Shown one piece after another: positions 7,927-17,194 of a DNA stretch of 32,000 nt. The stretch's first letter is position 1. Each line of letters begins with the position of its first letter. The stretch spans positions 3,420,001 through 3,452,000 of the forward strand of contig NC_016803.1 in assembly GCF_000189295.2 (NCBI RefSeq), given 5' to 3'. The DNA comes from Pseudodesulfovibrio mercurii (GTDB lineage: Bacteria; Desulfobacterota; Desulfovibrionia; Desulfovibrionales; Desulfovibrionaceae). A program made the translations under genes and the position numbers. The notes beneath the pieces are model-generated. The model was not told where the DNA came from. It was given only the letters and a program-made list of their open reading frames with translations, and searched no databases.

Positions 7927-8961
7927 TTACTCGTTGGAGCCCTTGAGCTTGACCCAGTAGTCCTCGTAGGTCTTCATGGCCTCGCCGATGTCGTCCTGGA
8001 ACTCGCCGCGGGAGGCGGTGGTTGCGTCGGGGTAGACGATGGGGTTGTCGCGCACCTCGGCGGGCAGGAACTCGGAGGCCACCTCGTTGGGGGTGGAGTA
8101 GCCCATCTCGGTGGAGATGGCGGCGGCCACGTCCGGGCGCAGCAGGTAGTTCAGGAAGGTGTGCGCCTCATCCAGGTTCTTGGCCCCCTTGGGGATGCAC
8201 AGGGAGTCCATCCACAGGGAGAAGCCCTCCTTGGGGTAGACGTACTTGATCTCGGGGTTCTCCTGGTTGGCCACGTAGGCCTCGCCGTTCCAGATCACGC
8301 CCACGGCGACCTCGCCGGAGAGCAGGGCCTGCTTGGGCGAGTCGGAGTCGAAGACGCGGACGTAGGGCATGAGGCCCTTGAGCTTCTCGTAGGCCTGCTT
8401 GAGGTGGGCGGGGTCGGTGTCGTTCAGGGAGTAGCCCAGGCTCTTCAGGGCGATGGCGAAGACCTCGCGCGGGTCGTTGGGCAGGAGCAGACGGTCCTTC
8501 ATCTCCGGCTTCCAGAGGTCGGCGTAGGAGGTCACGGCGCTCTCGCCCAGGGTGCCGGTGTTCACGGCGATGGCCGTGGAGCCCCACATGTAGGGCACGG
8601 AGAAGGTGTTGTCCGGGTCGAAGGGCTGGTCCGTGAACTTGGCGGAGAGGTTGGGGAAGTTGGTCAGCTTGGACTTGTCCAGCGGCAGGAGCATGTCCTG
8701 GCGGCGCATGAGGCCCACGTAGTCGGACGAGGGCACGATGAGGTCGTAGCCTTCCCCGGCCAGCTTGATCTTGGCGTACATGGCCTCGTTGCTGTCGTAG
8801 GTGGAGATGTGCACCTTGATGCCGGTTTCCCTGGTGAAGTTCTCGACCACCTCGTCCGGGATGTATTCGGACCAGATGTACAGGTACAGCTCCCCGCTGC
8901 CGGCAAGGGCCGGGACCGCGAAGGCGAGGGTCAGGACGATTGCGAGCAGTAGCTTTTTCAT
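7927..8961 (-). CDS. potD: Spermidine/putrescine ABC transporter periplasmic binding protein
   Basis: The start was chosen at the ATG 8961 (MKKLLLAIVLTLAFAVPALA signal peptide). LYLYIWSEYIPDEVVENFTRETGIKV is typical of PotD/PotF. The start overlaps the potC stop as ATGA. The 118-aa upstream extension was rejected. Confidence 0.88.
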   Translation of the reverse strand: MKKLLLAIVLTLAFAVPALAGSGELYLYIWSEYIPDEVVENFTRETGIKVHISTYDSNEAMYAKIKLAGEGYDLIVPSSDYVGLMRRQDMLLPLDKSKLTNFPNLSAKFTDQPFDPDNTFSVPYMWGSTAIAVNTGTLGESAVTSYADLWKPEMKDRLLLPNDPREVFAIALKSLGYSLNDTDPAHLKQAYEKLKGLMPYVRVFDSDSPKQALLSGEVAVGVIWNGEAYVANQENPEIKYVYPKEGFSLWMDSLCIPKGAKNLDEAHTFLNYLLRPDVAAAISTEMGYSTPNEVASEFLPAEVRDNPIVYPDATTASRGEFQDDIGEAMKTYEDYWVKLKGSNE

Positions 8962-9725
8962 GACTTCTCCTTGAGCAGCCGCCGCGACAGGAGGACGGCG
9001 GCCACGGTTATAATGATCATCACCACGCTGAGCGCGTTGACGTCCGGCTTTATGCCGAGACGGACCATGGAATATATCCGCAGGGGCAGGACCTCGTAGG
9101 TCGGCCCCGTGGTGAAGAAGGAGACGATGACGTCGTCCAGCGACAGGGTGAAGCTCAGGAGCCACCCGGCGATGAGGCCGGGCGCGGCCATGGGCAGGAC
9201 GATGCGCCGGAAGACCTGGTACTCGGCGGCCCCGAGGTCGCGGGCGGCCTCGACCACGGTGGGGTCGAACCCCTTGAACCGGGCGTAGACCGTGGCCGTG
9301 ACGAACGGCACGCACAGGGTCACGTGGCCCATGAGCAGGGTCCAGAAGCCGAGCGACAGGCCGATGCCGAGGAAGAGGACCAGCAGGGAGATGCCGATGA
9401 CGATGTCCGGCGACATCATCATGACGAAGACCCCGGCGAAGACCGCGCGGCGGCCCTTGAAGCGGTACTGGTGGAGCATGAAGGCGGCCAGGGTGCCGAT
9501 GACGCAGGAGACCGTGGACGAGACCACGGCGATGGTCACGGAGCGCAGGGCCGCGTCAATCAGGGTGGTGCCCTGGATCAGCTCGCCGTACCAGCGCAGG
9601 GTGAACCCCTTCCAGGCCAGGGAGTACTTGGAGGCGTTGAAGGAGTAGACCGCGATGACGACCAGCGGCAGGTAGAGAAAGACGTAGACCAGGGCCGCGT
9701 AGACCCGCTTGACCCATATGTTCAT
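8958..9725 (-). CDS. potC: Spermidine/putrescine ABC transporter permease
   Basis: A 255-aa polytopic protein with the EAA loop EAARDLGAAEYQVFRRIVLPM. It overlaps the potB stop as ATGA (9725-9722). Confidence 0.88.
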   Translation of the reverse strand: MNIWVKRVYAALVYVFLYLPLVVIAVYSFNASKYSLAWKGFTLRWYGELIQGTTLIDAALRSVTIAVVSSTVSCVIGTLAAFMLHQYRFKGRRAVFAGVFVMMMSPDIVIGISLLVLFLGIGLSLGFWTLLMGHVTLCVPFVTATVYARFKGFDPTVVEAARDLGAAEYQVFRRIVLPMAAPGLIAGWLLSFTLSLDDVIVSFFTTGPTYEVLPLRIYSMVRLGIKPDVNALSVVMIIITVAAVLLSRRLLKEKS

Positions 9726-10562
9726 ATGCGCACCTTCCTTCCGGCCCGGCGCACGCTCTTGTAGTACAGGGCGAGCATCAGCCCCATGATGACGGTCATG
9801 GCGATGGAGGCCGCGGCCCCGAGCGGGATGTTGCGGGCCGCCAGGAACTGGTCGCGGATGTAGTTGCCGAGCAGCATGGTCCGCGCTCCGCCCAGGATGT
9901 CCGGGATGTAGAACATGCCCAGCGCGGGCAGGAAGACGAGCATGCAGCCCGAGACGATGCCGGGCATGGTCAGGGGCACGGTGATCTTGCGGAAGGTCGA
10001 GAAGCGGCTGGCCCCGAGATCGCGCGAGGCCTCCAGGAGCTTCAGGTCCAGCTTCTCGATGGCCGCGTAGAGCGGCAGGATCATGAACGGCAGCAGGGTG
10101 TAGACCAGGCCGATGAAGACCGCCGTGGGCGTGTACATGAGCTTGAGCGGCGCGTCGATGACCCCGAGGAAGAGCAGGAACTTGTTGACCACGCCGTCGG
10201 CCTTGAGCACGGCCACCAGGGCGTAGGTGCGGATGAGCGTGTTGGTCCAGAAGGGGATCATGACCAGCAGGAGCAGGGTCTTGGTGTACTTTTTGCCCGC
10301 CCGGGCCACGATGTAGGCGAAGGGGTAGCCGATGGCCAGGCAGAGCAGGGTGGCTGTGGCGGCCATGACCATGGACTCGGCCAGCATGGACCCCAGGGCG
10401 GGCTGGAGCAGCTCGCGGTAGCTGGCGAAGGACAGGACCGGCTCGATGAGGTCGTCCGGGTGGCGCTTGAGGAAGCTGACCGCCAGGAGCATGAGGGTGG
10501 GCACGGCCCCGAACAGGACCATCCAGCCGAGCACGCCGGTGACGACCAGCCGCTTGAACAGG

Positions 10563-10573
<11 letters not shown>
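9722..10573 (-). CDS. potB: Spermidine/putrescine ABC transporter permease
   Basis: A 283-aa polytopic protein with the EAA loop EASRDLGASRFSTFRKITVPL. It overlaps the potA 3' end by 11 nt. Confidence 0.88.
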
Positions 10574-11681
<1,108 letters not shown>

Positions 11682-11717
11682 GTAGCTCCTCGAAGGATGA
11701 AGTCGCGGCGGGCGTTG

Positions 11718-12794
11718 TCAGGGCAGGACCACGGGCTGGAGCACAGCCGTGTCCGCCGGGACGGGAAGCGCGTGGCGGCGACGCAGTTTCGTTTTCAGGC
11801 ACTCGATGCCCGGGTTGAACAGGAGGTGGACCAATACGGCGGCCGCCAGCGCGACGGCCAGGACGTAGGCCCCCTCGGGGTCGTCCATGTAGGTCTCGAA
11901 CAGGGCGATGACGATGTAGTGGAGCAGGTAGAACGGATAGCTGACCTTGCCCGCGAACCGGTCCCATCGTAACCGTTTGAAGCCGCGAAAGACAAGGGGC
12001 ATGGTCAGCAGGGCCGCTCCGGGCAAAAGAAACGGCCGCAGGGGGCCGGCCGCGAGGTCGGCCGTCAGGGCCAGTCCGGCCAGGGCCGGGAAGAGCGCGT
12101 AGTCGTACCAGCGCGGGTCCGGGTCGAGCCGCCGGTGGGCGCGGTAGGCCAGGATGCCGCCCGCGAACAGCCAGAATTCCAGCGGGAAAAAGCGCTTGAA
12201 CAGGACCACGTCGGCCACCGGCGAGGCCATGACGGCCAGCTTGCAGGCCAGGCTTGCGCCCATGAGGGCGAGCAGGGTCCGGGTGCGCAGCCTGACCAGG
12301 AACGGGGCCAGGGCGTAGAAGGTCACCTCCAGGGACAGGGACCAGGCCTGGATGAGCGGGGCGTCGGACCACAGGGCCTCGCGGCTGCTGGTCACGAAGT
12401 ACAGGCCGCCCTCGGGGTGGCGGGCCAGGGAGAAGAGCAGCTCCTGGCCGACGGTGGTGGCCGAGGTCCAGGCCATGACCAGGAAGGCGGCGGGGTCGGT
12501 CATGATCGCCCGCAGGGTCTCCCGGTCGGTCAGGGAGTGGACGTCCAGGCTGGTCAGCAGCCCCAGGCTGACCACCAGGGCCAGGACGTACATGGGGTAC
12601 AGGGTCAGGAACCGGCTCAGGTAGAAGGCGCGGGCGCTGCCGTAGGTCCGATCCAGGATCAGGGCCATGTAGAAGCCGGAGATGGCGAAAAAGGTCAGCA
12701 CAGCCTCGTGGCCGTCCACCATGGGAAGGTTGTCGAAGGCCGTGAAGTGCGAGTTGAAGACCGCGAAGGCGAGCAGCAGGCGGATGAAGCCCAT
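11718..12794 (-). CDS. Acyltransferase family 3 (OafA/YrhL-like) integral membrane O-acyltransferase
   Basis: A 358-aa protein that is hydrophobic throughout. The N-terminus MGFIRLLLAFAVFNSHF...GHEAVLTFFAISGFYMALIL fits the acyltransferase-3 pattern. A perfect GGAGG lies upstream of the ATG at 12794. Confidence 0.75.
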   Translation of the reverse strand: MGFIRLLLAFAVFNSHFTAFDNLPMVDGHEAVLTFFAISGFYMALILDRTYGSARAFYLSRFLTLYPMYVLALVVSLGLLTSLDVHSLTDRETLRAIMTDPAAFLVMAWTSATTVGQELLFSLARHPEGGLYFVTSSREALWSDAPLIQAWSLSLEVTFYALAPFLVRLRTRTLLALMGASLACKLAVMASPVADVVLFKRFFPLEFWLFAGGILAYRAHRRLDPDPRWYDYALFPALAGLALTADLAAGPLRPFLLPGAALLTMPLVFRGFKRLRWDRFAGKVSYPFYLLHYIVIALFETYMDDPEGAYVLAVALAAAVLVHLLFNPGIECLKTKLRRRHALPVPADTAVLQPVVLP

Positions 12795-12812
12795 GGCGTT
12801 ACCTCCCTCTGC

Positions 12813-12837
12813 GGGAAACCGGACCGCTTTGGTCCGG
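12813..12837 (-). terminator. Weak hairpin / possible partial terminator between the SET gene and the acyltransferase gene
   Basis: On the minus strand, CCGGACC-AAAGC-GGTCCGG (12837-12819) is followed by only TTTCCC. A second short hairpin lies at 12850-12865. It may attenuate rather than terminate. Confidence 0.3.
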
Positions 12838-12883
12838 CGGGGTGTCGTACGCGGTTTTAACCGCGGCCATGCGCCTCAATCCT

Positions 12884-13528
12884 TCAGCCGTTGAACCCGA
12901 GCGGGACGGGCCTGAGGTTGTCGGGAGGGATCGCGGACGGGAGGGACGCGCCGTGGCGGCGCAGTCCGGCCACGGAGCGGTAGGGTTCCCCGCCGCAGAG
13001 ATAGGCGCGCAGCCGGTGCCTGGTCTCGTCGTCCATGAAGGCCATGAGGGGCTGGTGGACGTCGGCCACGCGGGACAGGGCGTCCCGGATGAGCCCGTCC
13101 CAGGCCGCGTGGTACCGTTCCAGGTCGTCGGGGTGCAGGGCCTTGCGGCAGCGGGTGCAGCCGCAGTCGAGGGGGATGTCCCGGCCCAGGTCGAACAGGC
13201 CGTATTCCTCGCTGATCTCCTGCCCCTTCCAGATGTCCCGCACCGCGATCTCGAAGCCGTAGGCCGTGGCCATGACGTTGGCGTCGCAGCGGTGATTGAC
13301 GTAGCGCGCGTTGTCGCGGCTGACGACGTGCACGCCGGACTCGTCGGCGTAGACGGTCTTGCCGAGGTCGCGGACCCGGTCGGGCCGGTTGGCCGCGCGG
13401 GCGGCGTAGGCCGCCTCAAGCGGGTCGCGGACGTAGACGATGGTGCCCCGCGGGATGTCCCCGGCGGCGATCACGCCGTACCCGATGGTCGGATCGACGA
13501 AGCGCACTTCGGTCATGGGATGCATCAT
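12884..13528 (-). CDS. SET-domain protein (putative protein-lysine methyltransferase) with a post-SET-like Cys cluster
   Basis: The GxG-type N-SET motif is GYGVIAAGDIPRGTIVY. The core is RYVNHRCDAN (compare the canonical NHSCxPN). The Tyr motif is GQEISEEYG, followed by DCGCTRCR (CxCxxC). Candidate starts are GTG 13537 and ATG 13528, 13525 and 13516; ATG 13528 was chosen because of the GGGAG upstream. Confidence 0.8.
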   Translation of the reverse strand: MMHPMTEVRFVDPTIGYGVIAAGDIPRGTIVYVRDPLEAAYAARAANRPDRVRDLGKTVYADESGVHVVSRDNARYVNHRCDANVMATAYGFEIAVRDIWKGQEISEEYGLFDLGRDIPLDCGCTRCRKALHPDDLERYHAAWDGLIRDALSRVADVHQPLMAFMDDETRHRLRAYLCGGEPYRSVAGLRRHGASLPSAIPPDNLRPVPLGFNG

Positions 13529-13582
13529 GGGAATCACCGCTCCCGCCGGGGCGGGAGCACGCTCGAGGTCGTCGGAACCGGA

Positions 13583-13855
13583 TTACCAGTCCTCGTCGGT
13601 GTCGTAGTCGATCTCGTCTTCCAGGGTGTAGCTGCGCACCTTGATGCGCAGCTGGTCCTCGTCCTCCACCACGACGCCTTCGGCGGTGACCCACCTGTCG
13701 ATGTACTCGATCAGGCTCTCGCCGTTCTCGTCGGGCTCGACGATGAACTCCTCCTCGCCGTCCACCAGCAGCACGACGCCGGATACGGTCTCATCATCCC
13801 AGTCCAGGGGGAGTATCTGTCCGAACAGGGAATCCTCATATACGTCGGTAGCCAT
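13583..13855 (-). CDS. Hyper-acidic small protein, no recognised family
   Basis: The 90-aa protein has 15 Asp and 15 Glu against 3 Arg and 1 Lys (counted from the translation). The C-terminal tip is LEDEIDYDTDEDW. GGGAG lies upstream of the ATG at 13855, 12 nt after the GNAT stop. It is similar to the 94-aa protein (PxxWD[DE]...VL[IL]...E.E.F[IV]VE...GVV...V.S[FY]T). Confidence 0.7.
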   Translation of the reverse strand: MATDVYEDSLFGQILPLDWDDETVSGVVLLVDGEEEFIVEPDENGESLIEYIDRWVTAEGVVVEDEDQLRIKVRSYTLEDEIDYDTDEDW

Positions 13856-13867
13856 TTTCTCCCGCTC

Positions 13868-14431
13868 CTATTGGTAGTTGTTGTCCGCGTCGTCTTCGTC
13901 GATGTTCAGCCGGTAGACCAGTCCGCCCTCCATGGGGATGAACTGCTTGCAGAACCGGTGCTGCACCGAGAAGCCGTTGGCCTCGTAGAACCGGCGGGCG
14001 TTCTCGAAGGCGCGCCCCTCGCCGGTCTCCAGGAACACGGATTTTCCCGTTTCCGCCGCCGCCCGGCGGATCATCTCGGCCACCAGGGCCGAGCCGATGC
14101 CCAGCCTGCGGAACTCGGGGTCCACGGTGATGCCGTAGAGCTCGTATTCGCCGGGCCAGTACATGATCGGGCCGTAGCAGACGAAGCCGATGATTCGCTC
14201 TCCGGCCCCGTCGTCGGCCTTGGCCAGGAGGAAGGTCTGGGCCTCCTCTCCGTTGCCGTAGGCGCAGTCCCAGGCCATGTCCTCGGCGGACAGCATGGCG
14301 TCGGCCGAAAACAGCCCGCTGGAGGCGGCCATGTTCAGGATGGTTTCCACGTCTTCGGGCGTGATGCCCGAGGAGATGCGGACCTCGCGCATGTCCTCGC
14401 GGACGCCTTCTTCTCTGGTTGTCGTGTCCAT
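13868..14431 (-). CDS. GNAT-family N-acetyltransferase
   Basis: The start was chosen at the ATG 14431 (MDTTTREEG...). Motif A is YGITVDPEFRRLGIGSALVAEMIRRA and the C-terminal motif is ARRFYEANGF. The 57-aa upstream extension overlaps the preceding gene and was rejected. Confidence 0.85.
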   Translation of the reverse strand: MDTTTREEGVREDMREVRISSGITPEDVETILNMAASSGLFSADAMLSAEDMAWDCAYGNGEEAQTFLLAKADDGAGERIIGFVCYGPIMYWPGEYELYGITVDPEFRRLGIGSALVAEMIRRAAAETGKSVFLETGEGRAFENARRFYEANGFSVQHRFCKQFIPMEGGLVYRLNIDEDDADNNYQ

Positions 14432-14457
14432 GGTGATCTCGAGGCCGTGCAGGCCCG

Positions 14458-14808
14458 TCAGGCGAGGGTCTTCGACCGCCCGCCGCGTTGCAGGTTCATG
14501 GAGGTGTAATTCATCGACGAGGTGTCGCCGACGACCTCGATGGTATCGACATTGATGGTTTCGATACCCAGGGAGTTCGTCGCCGTGCCGGTGACCTCGC
14601 AAGTCCGGCCCTCCAGGGTGGAGGGGTCCTGCTTCACGCCGAGAAGCAGGTATTCCGTGTCGCCGTCCTTGAGGACCAGGCCGAAATCGGTGTTGACCAC
14701 CAGTCCCCAGACGGTCACGGCCTCGTCCGCGGCCGAAGCCGGGGCGGACAGGGCGGGAACGAGACAGAGAACTGCGGCCAGAAGCAAGGGAATCAGTTGC
14801 TTACGCAT
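14458..14808 (-). CDS. Secreted small protein (Sec signal peptide), paralog-like to the two neighbouring small proteins
   Basis: The signal peptide is MRKQLIPLLLAAVLCLVPALSAPASA|ADE (AxA site). The mature part is VTVWGLVV...DGDTEYLLLG...CEVTGTA...INVDTIEVV. The ATG lies 3 nt after the upstream stop, with AGGA 8 nt upstream. Confidence 0.7.
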   Translation of the reverse strand: MRKQLIPLLLAAVLCLVPALSAPASAADEAVTVWGLVVNTDFGLVLKDGDTEYLLLGVKQDPSTLEGRTCEVTGTATNSLGIETINVDTIEVVGDTSSMNYTSMNLQRGGRSKTLA

Positions 14809-14811
14809 GGG

Positions 14812-15096
14812 CTATCCTGAGATGTTGTTTTCCACGGGGGTGAAGCTCTCCACGACCATGGACTCCACACCGCGTTCCTTGCGGACGACGCCGGTGAAGA
14901 CCGCCTCCGTCCTGGACAGGGACAGGAGGTTCGGGAGGCTCTTGAAGTTCTCCACGAAGATTTCCCGCTCGTCCTTGCAGGCGATCAGCACCTCGGTCAC
15001 GCGGAACTGCTCGTCCCACTGGCGCGGGACGACCATGCCCCTGACGGTGACCGTGTCGTTTCGGTGTTGTTCCTCTTGCAGCATCGCTCTTCTCAA
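14812..15096 (-). CDS. Small cytoplasmic protein, no recognised family; first gene after the sigma-54 promoter
   Basis: The ORF track starts at TTG 15096; an in-frame ATG at 15084 (MLQEEQHRND...) is at least as likely. The sequence is VTVRGMVVPRQWDEQFRVTEVLIACKDEREIFVEN...FTGVVRKERGVESMVVESFT. Confidence 0.6.
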   Translation of the reverse strand: MRRAMLQEEQHRNDTVTVRGMVVPRQWDEQFRVTEVLIACKDEREIFVENFKSLPNLLSLSRTEAVFTGVVRKERGVESMVVESFTPVENNISG

Positions 15097-15122
15097 CCGG
15101 GTGGTTTTGAAGTGGCAGGAAA

Positions 15123-15138
15123 AGCATGGAGCATGCCA
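15123..15138 (-). promoter_or_regulatory. Sigma-54 (-24/-12) promoter
   Basis: The minus strand reads TGGCATGCTCCATGCT, with GG and GC separated by the canonical 12-nt register (consensus TGGCACG-N4-TTGCW). It lies 27-40 nt upstream of the first ORF start and directly downstream of a sigma-54 activator gene. Confidence 0.7.
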
Positions 15139-15154
15139 AATCCATAATTATCTG

Positions 15155-15167
15155 AAATTCTTTGATA
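15155..15167 (-). promoter_or_regulatory. IHF-like site between the palindrome and the sigma-54 promoter
   Basis: The minus strand reads TATCAAagaaTTT against the consensus WATCAANNNNTTR (last base mismatched). It sits in an AT-rich tract at the position expected for a DNA-bending site. Confidence 0.3.
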
Positions 15168-15191
15168 AAATCATTCACCGTCAGAACAATT

Positions 15192-15212
15192 ACAGGAATT
15201 TTATATTCCTGT
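15192..15212. promoter_or_regulatory. 21-bp perfect palindrome, candidate enhancer (UAS) for the sigma-54 activator
   Basis: ACAGGAAT-tttat-ATTCCTGT has 8-bp arms. It lies 54-74 nt upstream of the -24 element, inside a 258-nt AT-rich non-coding island (15097-15354). Confidence 0.45.
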
Positions 15213-15354
15213 TTTTCGCCATGCCGGTCGGCAGGTTCGGGATAGCCTTCATTTTCGGGCCTGATGGGTGCTGAGGTGACATGAATAAACATCATATAAT
15301 CAGCATGTTGCAATTGAAAAAGAATTTTTTGTTCCGATATGGCCAAAAACGGAA

Positions 15355-16755
<1,401 letters not shown>

Positions 16756-16826
16756 GCGGATAGTGTCTCCAGCCACCTTGTACTTCGATGCCGCCCCCGA
16801 GACAATTCAAAAGTGCGCCTGCGGCG

Positions 16827-16887
16827 CCCGGGGGAAGGGGGAGAGGGAAACCCTTGAAAAGGGTTTCCCTCTCCCCCTTCCCCCGGG
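16827..16887. repeat. 61-nt perfect hairpin-forming inverted repeat (29-bp arms, 3-nt loop)
   Basis: The polypurine-rich arm cccgggggaagggggagagggaaaccctt (16827-16855) pairs exactly with the polypyrimidine-rich arm aagggtttccctctcccccttcccccggg (16859-16887). Confidence 0.9.
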
Positions 16888-16911
16888 ACCCCCCATCCCC
16901 CTCACCCTCCC
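16867..16911 (-). other. G-quadruplex-prone tract on the minus strand (C-rich, i-motif-prone on the plus strand)
   Basis: The plus strand has seven C-runs of 3-6 nt: 16867-69, 73-77, 80-84, 89-94, 97-901, 905-07 and 909-11. They are separated by loops of 1-4 nt, so the minus (sense) strand upstream of the activator gene fits G3+N1-7 repeated. The tract overlaps the right arm of the 29-bp hairpin. Confidence 0.6.
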
Positions 16912-16948
16912 AAACTTTTTATCGCCGCTACGCGGGGAGGCAACACAG

Positions 16949-16982
16949 AAAAAGGCCCCTGACCAATTCCAAGTCAGGAGCC
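16949..16982 (-). terminator. Intrinsic terminator candidate for the alpha-glucan operon
   Basis: On the minus strand, GGCTCCTGAC-ttggaattg-GTCAGGGGCC forms a 10-bp stem with 1 mismatch, followed by TTTTT (complement of 16949-16953). It lies about 210 nt downstream of the stop at 17195. Confidence 0.6.
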
Positions 16983-17091
16983 CCTCTTTCTCTTCAATCT
17001 TTGGAGCGATTCGGGCGGCGCAGCCACCCGACAGCGGCTCTCTCCCCGCGCTCGCACTAGGCTTGCGAGAGTGGTGCAGCTGTGCATTTTC

Positions 17092-17147
17092 TTCCGGGAG
17101 CTTTCACCGCAGCGTAGCCGTCTACGTGAGGATGAAAGCCCCCGGAA
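17092..17147. repeat. Nested imperfect hairpin in the long 3' region of the glucan operon
   Basis: ttccgggagctttca (17092-17106) pairs with tgaaagcccccggaa (17133-17147) at 14 of 15 positions. The 26-nt loop contains its own stem, cgtag-ccgt-ctacg. No U-run follows on either strand. Confidence 0.6.
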
Positions 17148-17194
17148 AAAATGTGCAGGTGCGCCGCTATCGGAAGCCGCTCTCCGTCTCCCTC

